Origin: Candidatus Aenigmatarchaeota archaeon | GTDB lineage: Archaea > Aenigmatarchaeota > Aenigmatarchaeia > GW2011-AR5 > JACRAC01 | NCBI GenBank assembly: GCA_016187395.1 | Contig: JACPJV010000014.1 | Location: forward strand, 891-64,890 | Direction: 5' to 3' | Length of the DNA stretch: 64,000 nucleotides | Shown: positions 9,990 through 16,958 of the stretch, piece after piece | Layout: each line of letters opens with the position of its first letter | Numbering within the stretch: the stretch's first letter is position 1 | The notes under the pieces: model-generated | What the model was told of the DNA's origin: nothing | The model's database searches: none | Seen by the model: the letters and a program-made list of their open reading frames with translations, nothing else | Position numbers and translations under genes: made by a program

Positions 9990-10232
9990 ATGACTACGGT
10001 CCCAGAGCTGCTGAAGAAGAAACTGAATGTGCAAAAGCTAGGCACGTCAAAAGAGGGCGGCACGCAGGAGATTTGCGGCGACCTGAAGCTTTCTGACATC
10101 AAATCTATAGCAAAGGAAAAGTTCGGAGACGACTCTGCGCCTAACGTGAAAATGGTTATTGGCACGTGCAGGAGCTGCGGGGTGACTGTGGACGGTAAAA
10201 ATGCGAAAGAATTTATACAGGAAATAAAGTGA
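9990..10232 (+). CDS. rpl11: ribosomal protein L11 (uL11), C-terminal rRNA-binding domain only
   Basis: 80 aa; ...GDLKLSDIKSIAKEK...VIGTCRSCGVTVDGKNAKEFIQEI matches the archaeal L11 C-terminal half; no N-terminal domain (PPxGPxLG block) upstream. Confidence 0.7.
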   Translation: MTTVPELLKKKLNVQKLGTSKEGGTQEICGDLKLSDIKSIAKEKFGDDSAPNVKMVIGTCRSCGVTVDGKNAKEFIQEIK

Positions 10233-10319
10233 AACAACAAAATAAACCAGATTGCATTTTGTTGTTTCCCGTCTAGTGAACCAAGTTTCTAGTCGGTATT
10301 TTTAACTTGTTTCACTATA
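10229..10319 (+). repeat. 2-hairpin module, paralog of 6032-6121
   Basis: About 80 percent identical over about 90 nt with compensatory stem changes; overlaps the rpl11 stop codon. Confidence 0.75.
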
Positions 10320-10425
10320 AAGTGAAAGCAAATATTTCTGGACCAGAATTCTTAGTCTGGTTGTTTTAGGTGACTGAAATATGGTACTATAATTCTCAGG
10401 ATGGGTTTATTACTTTCTTTCATTT

Positions 10426-11916
10426 TTACCTTGCTGCTTCAAGCGTCTTCTTTCCGTGGAATGATTCATAAGCCCTATGGATTATTTCACGGCTCCTGCC
10501 TGTGTATGTAAGAGGGTCTGCCATTCTCCTGATTTCCTCTTCGGAAATCCTGCTGCGGATTTCAGGGTCCTCTAACAGCACGTCTGCAAATGACCTTTTT
10601 TCATCATAGGCCCTCGTTGCGAGAGCTCCTACAATATCGTGTGCCTCGCTTCGCGGCATGGCATTTCCCCTGCGCGTATCTGTGAGATATGCAAGAAAGC
10701 GCGGTGAGGTGACGACGCCATGAGAGCGCAAAACGCGCTCTGCGCAACGCTCTTCGTTTGGCTGTATTTTGCAAACAACTTCTGCCATGCCTCTCACTGC
10801 ATAGTCCAGGCATTTGAATCCAATGCTTAGAAATACCCTGTCAAATGCGGATCCGGAAAGATCACGTGCATAATCCATCCTGCATACTTTCTCCGCAGCA
10901 GAGGCGGCTGCTGCAAGGATTGCTTCCATAGATTCCGTGTTTTCTTCTGTTGTCGGATTCCCGCCTTTCCTGTCCTTGTGTGGCATTGCTGAGGATCCTT
11001 TCTTGCCGCGCGGGAATCTGAATATATCGGTGTCGTCGCCTCTTCCTGAACGGATGAAGTTTGCCAGATTCCCTGCTGTGGCTGCTATTCTTGCGAGTGC
11101 GTAATAAATGTCATAAAGGTATTCTCTTCCAGGAACTTGGGCAGGAGCAATCATGTGCCTTAATCCAAGTCTCCGGCAATATTCTTCCTCGATGCGCATG
11201 CCATCCATGCCTAAATCCAAAGCAGAATGATGGTTTCCGGTCGCGTCTGCCCACTTGCCTCTCAAAGAATAGTGATAGAAAAAAGACAGGACATCTATTC
11301 CTGACTGTAGCATTTCTGCATAAAAGGCAAAAGGCCTTCCAAGAAAGGTGGGGAGGGCGTCGTAAAGGTGTGTCTGGTCCATATGCGGAATGCTGTCCCA
11401 TTCCAGTGCCCTTTCCAGAACCACGTCCCGCAAATTCTCTGTAGAATCAGCAATCACTTCCATACCTCTTTTAAGTTGCAGTGCCTTGGCAGGTTCCGTG
11501 GAATCAGCGCTTGTTCTTGCCTTGTTTATGTGCGCAGCTGCTCTTGGATTTACTGACCTCACCGCCTCTTCCAATGCGGTGTTGATTGCTATCACATCAT
11601 GGCCAGTCTTCTGTTCCAGTTCCCTGATTAGCTGTGATTCTACCATCCTCAGGTTTGCATTCTCAGCGATAACCTGGGCGTCTTCTGGAGGCACAACATC
11701 GGGGTAGAGATCACTAAGAACCAAAGAGGATTTTGCCTGAACCTCGAGAATATATTCAAACATTTTTTCTTGGCCAAATATGCTTATCATGTCGTCCGTT
11801 CCATACCTTCCTTCAACAAGAAGCGCTGGGTTTGTTTCCGCGCTAATGCCTCGTGGTTTCGGCTTTGTGCGCTCTTCAGGCGGGGGCAGAACTGCCATTC
11901 GATAAAATGCAAACAA
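10426..11916 (-). CDS. purB: adenylosuccinate lyase
   Basis: Fumarate-lyase family signature GSSAMPHK...NP, 496 aa; start may be M7. Confidence 0.8.
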   Translation of the reverse strand: MFAFYRMAVLPPPEERTKPKPRGISAETNPALLVEGRYGTDDMISIFGQEKMFEYILEVQAKSSLVLSDLYPDVVPPEDAQVIAENANLRMVESQLIRELEQKTGHDVIAINTALEEAVRSVNPRAAAHINKARTSADSTEPAKALQLKRGMEVIADSTENLRDVVLERALEWDSIPHMDQTHLYDALPTFLGRPFAFYAEMLQSGIDVLSFFYHYSLRGKWADATGNHHSALDLGMDGMRIEEEYCRRLGLRHMIAPAQVPGREYLYDIYYALARIAATAGNLANFIRSGRGDDTDIFRFPRGKKGSSAMPHKDRKGGNPTTEENTESMEAILAAAASAAEKVCRMDYARDLSGSAFDRVFLSIGFKCLDYAVRGMAEVVCKIQPNEERCAERVLRSHGVVTSPRFLAYLTDTRRGNAMPRSEAHDIVGALATRAYDEKRSFADVLLEDPEIRSRISEEEIRRMADPLTYTGRSREIIHRAYESFHGKKTLEAAR

Positions 11917-11935
11917 AGAAATAAGAAACGATATT

Positions 11936-12577
11936 TCAAATCTTGATTGCCTCGTAAGCTACAAATATCGGGCCGATATATTTCTTGGTAAATATTCCGT
12001 ATTTCCTTATCTCCCTTTCGCAATCAGTTTCTTTATAGAAATAAACCTCAGTCTTTATCTTTAAGCCAGAAGGAAAAATAAAATTTCCCTTGACGTGGTT
12101 TTTCTTTTTTATATCAAAGGAATCAAACCGTTTCTTTATCATCTGGTGTGAATGGTCGTTTAGTTCAACAATAATAACCTTCGCGGATGTTTTTGCCTTT
12201 GAGAACAGGGCTTCTATTGAAGCTTTAATATCACCAATGTTATGAAGCACCAATGAGCATATAACCAAATCGTAGCTCTCATTGTCCACTTTTGCATCAC
12301 TAGGCAATGACCCCTCTATGAGCTTTATTTGGCCTTTAAATTTTGACCGTATGTAATCGAAAAATGCTGTGTTTGGGTCAATCCCGCAATATTCCTGCCC
12401 TTTTCTCAGAAACTTGGCAGCGGTTCCCCACCCGCAGCCGACGTCAAGTATCTTGGCATTCTTCGGTGCTTTATTCATTATTCTTTTCAGGTATGGTTCA
12501 AGGTATTTTACCCTGAATATGTCTTTGCGGGATTCATAATTCTTTATCCATATGTCTGCCGTAGATTTATCGTACAT
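11936..12577 (-). CDS. class I SAM-dependent methyltransferase
   Basis: Motif I ILDVGCGWG; acidic motif II; 213 aa. Confidence 0.75.
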   Translation of the reverse strand: MYDKSTADIWIKNYESRKDIFRVKYLEPYLKRIMNKAPKNAKILDVGCGWGTAAKFLRKGQEYCGIDPNTAFFDYIRSKFKGQIKLIEGSLPSDAKVDNESYDLVICSLVLHNIGDIKASIEALFSKAKTSAKVIIVELNDHSHQMIKKRFDSFDIKKKNHVKGNFIFPSGLKIKTEVYFYKETDCEREIRKYGIFTKKYIGPIFVAYEAIKI

Positions 12578-12605
12578 AATCAGGAATTAGACATACGATA
12601 AAATA

Positions 12606-13298
12606 TTAAACCCCGTTGATAATGCCTTTCACTTCTGACAAATCAGCTACGGTATAATCGGCGGCTGTTGATTCCATATGCTCATTAGAAATGTGCTCAG
12701 AATGATAATGAGTTAGATTTTGCCCAAAATCACAGTAGATCGTTCTTAGACCTAATCTCTTGGCAGATAGAATGTCCTGAACAGGATTATCGCCTATTGA
12801 GAATGATGACTCAGGATCGCCATTCAAGTTTTTTAAACCGTACTCAAAATGCTTCCCCTCGGATTTCAAAGCTTTCACGTCGTCGCTCGTTACTATAGCG
12901 TCGAATAAATCCAGCAGGCCGGCATGGCCAGCTCGCAGCAATATAACAGCTCTAACAGCGTTTGTTGCCAAGACGTTTTTGCAGCCGCTTTCTCTAGCGT
13001 ATTTTAAAATTTCTTTTGCATATGGAAGCAAAATCAATTCTTTAAGATGCTTTTCTTGATGATTCCTCCAATCTACACCTAGAATTCTGCCATGAAGAAC
13101 ATAGTCATGCCATTCCCATGTATTTTCTAATTTTTTCAAGTGATTCCTAAATCGTTTTTCAGCGTCTTTAAAGGATATGTTGTTTTTCTTCGCAACTTCT
13201 TCTTCCATACTTTTGCAAACAGCTTCATCTAATCTGGACTCGTCGATCAAAGTTCCTGTCCAATCCCAAAAAACTAATTTTTGCTTCATGGCAATCAT
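12606..13298 (-). CDS. HAD-superfamily hydrolase
   Basis: Motif I variant FWDWTGTL, later GDN..D block. Confidence 0.65.
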   Translation of the reverse strand: MIAMKQKLVFWDWTGTLIDESRLDEAVCKSMEEEVAKKNNISFKDAEKRFRNHLKKLENTWEWHDYVLHGRILGVDWRNHQEKHLKELILLPYAKEILKYARESGCKNVLATNAVRAVILLRAGHAGLLDLFDAIVTSDDVKALKSEGKHFEYGLKNLNGDPESSFSIGDNPVQDILSAKRLGLRTIYCDFGQNLTHYHSEHISNEHMESTAADYTVADLSEVKGIINGV

Positions 13299-13349
13299 TG
13301 AAAAATAACCCTATTCCTAACTTTTATATCCTTTTCATTTCATAGAAAT

Positions 13350-13417
13350 CTACTGCAAAGCGGCGAATGCGAAATGCCGTTGCTTCGCAACGGCCATACG
13401 CTTCCGTGTAGCAGTAG
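13350..13417 (+). promoter_or_regulatory. structured 5' leader of the L1-P0-P1 operon
   Basis: Outer stem CTACTGC/GCAGTAG (13350-13356/13411-13417) enclosing hairpin GCCGTTGC-TTC-GCAACGGC (13376-13394); GGTGA Shine-Dalgarno follows. Confidence 0.3.
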
Positions 13418-13425
13418 GTGATTTA

Positions 13426-14037
13426 ATGCAAATAGCCGAGGCTGTGAAAGCGGCTAGGGAGAGTGAAAAGCGCGAATTCAAGCAGAGCTTTGACCTTTCT
13501 ATTAATATCAGTGGTCTTGATCTGAAAAAGCCTGAGAACCGCATATCCAAGGAAATTCTTCTTCCGCATGGGAGGGGCAAGCTTGCGAAAGTATGCCTTA
13601 TTTCTGATTCCGGGGATTACGAAGAAAAAATAGGGAAAGGTGAGTTAGAGTCTCTGGGCAACAACAAAAAGGAGGCGAAAAATCTTGCCAGAAGCTATGA
13701 TTTCTTCATGAGCGAGCCGCAGCTTATGGTAGCTGTAGGAAAATCGATAGGAAAATATCTGGGCCCTGTTGGGAAGATGCCCAAAGTTGTCCCTCCTGGC
13801 ACTGATGTGAATAAAACCGCGCAGCAGCTTTCGAAGTCTGTAAGGCTGCGGATAAAGGACAGCCCTGTTATTCATTGCACAGTCGGCACTGAGGATATGA
13901 GTGATTCGCAGATAAGTGAAAACGTAAACGCAGTCTTGGGTGAGATGAAAAAGATGCTGCCTGGAAAGGGCAAGATCAGGAATGCATACCTGAAATTAAC
14001 CATGGGCAAGTCTGCCAAGATCGATGTGACTCAATAG
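13426..14037 (+). CDS. rpl1: ribosomal protein L1 (uL1)
   Basis: 203 aa, L1-like sequence (FDLSINISGLD..., GKYLGPVGKMP), first gene of L1-P0-P1 cluster. Confidence 0.9.
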   Translation: MQIAEAVKAARESEKREFKQSFDLSINISGLDLKKPENRISKEILLPHGRGKLAKVCLISDSGDYEEKIGKGELESLGNNKKEAKNLARSYDFFMSEPQLMVAVGKSIGKYLGPVGKMPKVVPPGTDVNKTAQQLSKSVRLRIKDSPVIHCTVGTEDMSDSQISENVNAVLGEMKKMLPGKGKIRNAYLKLTMGKSAKIDVTQ

Positions 14038-14916
14038 GTGACCATGATGAAGAAAAACGAAAAAATTGTTTTTGTTGCACAGTTAAAGGAGCTTGCGAAT
14101 AGCCACAGGTCTCTCGGGATAATTAACATGAAGAATGTTCCTGCCGCATTATTCCAGAAAGCAAAGAAAGACCTTGCAGGAAAGGCAACCGTAAAGATGA
14201 GCAGGAAAAAACTGATTTCCAGGGCCTTGAACGAATCCGGAAAGAACGGCATGGATAAACTTGAAAAAACTATACAAGGGTCTGTTTCTCTGGTTTTCAG
14301 CAATGACAATGCCTTTGAGCTGTTCAAAAAATTGAAAACAGCCAGGGTGAAGGCGCCTGCAAAAGAAGGCGACGTTGTCAAGAATGACATAATAATCCAG
14401 AAAGGTCTCACCCAGATATCACCTGGCCCGGCTATAAGCACGCTACAGAAGGTTGGAATAAAAACCCAGGTCCAGGGCGGAAAACTTGCCGTGATGAATG
14501 ATATTGTTGTACTCAAAACAGGCGGCGTCGTAACTGCTGATATAGTAACTGCATTGAATCTTCTTGGCATCATGCCAAACGAAAAACGTCTTAATTTAAG
14601 TGCTGTATGGGAGGATGGCATAATCTATGGCATGGATGTTCTTGACATTGATATTGAAAGGTTCATAAAGGAACTGCAGGCTTGCGTGCATTTTTCGATA
14701 AATTTCTCGCTAAACACAGGCTTTATCACAAAAGAAAGCGCCCCCCTCGCTGTACAAAAGGCGTTCTTGGAGGCACAAACTCTTGCGCTGGAAGCAAATA
14801 TACTTACAAAGGATACTGCAGTTCTGCTCATAAGCAGGGCTGCCAGAACTGCAACAAACATAGAAAAAATGATGCCGAAACCGGCGGAGGAACAGAAGCA
14901 GGAAACCGTGTCATAG
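14038..14916 (+). CDS. rplP0: ribosomal stalk protein P0 (uL10)
   Basis: 292 aa, position between L1 and P1; GTG 14038 or ATG 14044. Confidence 0.85.
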   Translation: MTMMKKNEKIVFVAQLKELANSHRSLGIINMKNVPAALFQKAKKDLAGKATVKMSRKKLISRALNESGKNGMDKLEKTIQGSVSLVFSNDNAFELFKKLKTARVKAPAKEGDVVKNDIIIQKGLTQISPGPAISTLQKVGIKTQVQGGKLAVMNDIVVLKTGGVVTADIVTALNLLGIMPNEKRLNLSAVWEDGIIYGMDVLDIDIERFIKELQACVHFSINFSLNTGFITKESAPLAVQKAFLEAQTLALEANILTKDTAVLLISRAARTATNIEKMMPKPAEEQKQETVS

Positions 14917-14965
14917 CTTTAAAAAGATTAATAGTTGCTTGATGTAAGGAAAATTGCGTGGTTAT

Positions 14966-15265
14966 ATGACAAATTTGATTTATGCCGGATTGCTCCTGCA
15001 TTCAGCAGGAAAGCCTGTTGACGAGGAGCATGTAAAGAAGATTGCGAATGCAGTTGGCGGTGTGGATGAAGCGCAAATAAAGGCGTTTGTTACTGCTATA
15101 AAGGACGTTAACATAGACGACGCAATAAGCAAGGCAGCGATGCCTGTTGCTGCTGCTCCTGTCGCTGCCGCGCCTGTTGCTGCAGAGGAAAAAAAGGAGG
15201 GCAAGGAAGATGTTGAGAAGAAAGCCGAAGAGGCTGCGGAAGGGCTTGGGGCGCTGTTTGGGTAA
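14966..15265 (+). CDS. rpl12: ribosomal stalk protein P1 (aL12)
   Basis: YAGLLLHSAGK N-terminus, Ala/Pro hinge, acidic tail ending EGLGALFG; ATG 14966 preferred over TTG 14954. Confidence 0.9.
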   Translation: MTNLIYAGLLLHSAGKPVDEEHVKKIANAVGGVDEAQIKAFVTAIKDVNIDDAISKAAMPVAAAPVAAAPVAAEEKKEGKEDVEKKAEEAAEGLGALFG

Positions 15266-15294
15266 AGATTTATGCTCAAAGAAGTTCTAAACCA

Positions 15295-15428
15295 TCTGCT
15301 TTTAAGCAGAGTATAAGATACCATCAAGAGCGAAGCTCTTGATGTACAGCATGAACTTCGTTCATGCTTGTATCGAACTTCTTTGGCATGCCATGCTTCA
15401 AGAAACCACGCATTTTAGTGCGTGGTTC
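15295..15428 (+). repeat. array of short hairpins, including two 26-nt AC..GT units
   Basis: ATCAAGAGC-GAA-GCTCTTGAT (15323-15343), AGCATGAAC-TTC-GTTCATGCT (15348-15368), AACCACGCA-TTTTAG-TGCGTGGTT (15404-15427); convergent gene junction. Confidence 0.65.
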
Positions 15429-15442
15429 ATATAGGAAGCATG

Positions 15443-15868
15443 TCATTTTGCCAGTTTCTCTTTTAGGATTTTCAGAAGCTTTGACATGACGATTTTTATT
15501 CTCTTTTCATTCCTCTCCAAAAAATCCGGGTTTACGAAGAATCCTTTATAGACGATTTTGTTTCTTAGCTTTCTCAAATGGTCCATGAGATTTATTTCTG
15601 CATCTGAAAATCGCGGGTAAAATTCCTTCAGGTATCCTATCAGGACTTCATGGCTCAACGTCTTGTACCCGTCCATAGCCATGAGGGCTGTTATGGTTTC
15701 TTTGATGATTTCATAGTAATCTTCTACTACGAGGGAGGCGAATTCCCTTTTATTTTTCAATTCAGCCTCCTTAATCCTCATCTCGATCATCTTCAGCATC
15801 GACCTTGCCATTTCCCCGTCCGGATATATCTTCCTGACTTCTTCCTGCGATTCCTGCCATGTTTTCAT
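15443..15868 (-). CDS. HEPN-domain protein (toxin-like partner of MNT)
   Basis: 141 aa all-helical, adjacent and overlapping the nucleotidyltransferase gene; RxxxH-like region RKLRNKIVY is degenerate. Confidence 0.65.
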   Translation of the reverse strand: MKTWQESQEEVRKIYPDGEMARSMLKMIEMRIKEAELKNKREFASLVVEDYYEIIKETITALMAMDGYKTLSHEVLIGYLKEFYPRFSDAEINLMDHLRKLRNKIVYKGFFVNPDFLERNEKRIKIVMSKLLKILKEKLAK

Positions 15869-16389
15869 CAGAACACCTTCAGATAGCCGTATACAACTAT
15901 TCCGTTTATGATGTTGTTTAACAATTCCTTTGGAATGTCTGAAATTTTTTCTTCGAAATGAAGCGAGATTTTCCTGTGCAATTTTTTCTCAAAGTTTTTG
16001 AGTTCTACGTCCTTTTCCTTTGCCACCAGAAAAAGGTCTATATCGCTTGCCTCTATATCCTCGCCCCGCGACGCAGAACCGAACAGTATTATGGCATCTG
16101 GAACAAAGGCATCGGCAATAAACTCCACCAACCCCGAGGCGTGAAGCCTTATTAACAGGTCATTTCTTTTGTAGATTTTGTACACATCGCTTCCAGAAGA
16201 GGCATAACTATAGTAAACCCCTCTCTTCTCTTTTTTAAGAAGACCTTCCTTTTCAAGCTGCCTTACATGATTTCTTACAGACGGCAATCCTAATTTTAAT
16301 ATCCTGCTTATTTCCCTGAGCTGGAAATGCCTCGCGGGATAGTCAAAGAACAGAGTGACTATCCTGTAGGTGATATAATTTTGTATCAT
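15868..16389 (-). CDS. minimal nucleotidyltransferase (MNT) with N-terminal wHTH
   Basis: GSASRGEDIEASDIDLFL matches GSxxRGx(n)SDxDL of the pol-beta NTase fold; 1-nt overlap with HEPN gene. Confidence 0.8.
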   Translation of the reverse strand: MIQNYITYRIVTLFFDYPARHFQLREISRILKLGLPSVRNHVRQLEKEGLLKKEKRGVYYSYASSGSDVYKIYKRNDLLIRLHASGLVEFIADAFVPDAIILFGSASRGEDIEASDIDLFLVAKEKDVELKNFEKKLHRKISLHFEEKISDIPKELLNNIINGIVVYGYLKVF

Positions 16390-16464
16390 GTGATATATTT
16401 TTATATCATCTGATATTTAAAGTTATCGCATGCCGCCTGCTGGATAATAGAAGGATCCGAAAAG

Positions 16465-16932
16465 ATGGGCTTGGCGCGTTGTTTGGATGGGATTTTTATA
16501 GTTTCGCTTCTTTTTTTTGTTATGACGTACGCTTCTAACCATAAAAGGGATGGCATTCCGATTTATGCTAAAATTTCTCTCTTTTTTATTGCTTCCGGTT
16601 TATCATATGCATTATTTATTGAGCCTTCTCTTAGGCTTGGTACATGGAATCCTGCTGAACAACGTAGGCGCGCAACGATGAATGTAGAGTACAGAGAAAA
16701 ATTGCGCGACTGTTTATTCAGATCGGCCGATGTCGAACCTGGTTCTATTGGATATCTGAGCTTCAGTGAGCAGATTGGTTTGTGGGGAAGGATGGGGCAT
16801 AGCAGAAGGCCATTTGTAGAGTCAGAAGGTCGAAGGCAGTTCCCGGAGCCGACCACAAAAGAGCTGGAAAGGGCTGCTATAACTTATCCAGAATGCACGC
16901 CTCTTCTGAAAAGCCGCCCTGAGCACCTATAA
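16465..16932 (+). CDS. hypothetical protein (two predicted TM segments)
   Basis: Only ORF in a 570-nt gap; weak coding signal. Confidence 0.3.
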   Translation: MGLARCLDGIFIVSLLFFVMTYASNHKRDGIPIYAKISLFFIASGLSYALFIEPSLRLGTWNPAEQRRRATMNVEYREKLRDCLFRSADVEPGSIGYLSFSEQIGLWGRMGHSRRPFVESEGRRQFPEPTTKELERAAITYPECTPLLKSRPEHL

Positions 16933-16958
16933 AAATTCTCTTTCTCGTAATCTATAGC

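Noticed and set aside
16390-16958. Possible large structured RNA (RNase P RNA or SRP RNA) in a 570-nt gene gap
   Set aside because: I could not find the conserved RNase P (GGAAAGUCC-type, ACAGAA) or SRP helix-8 motifs. The region is left as a low-confidence hypothetical ORF.
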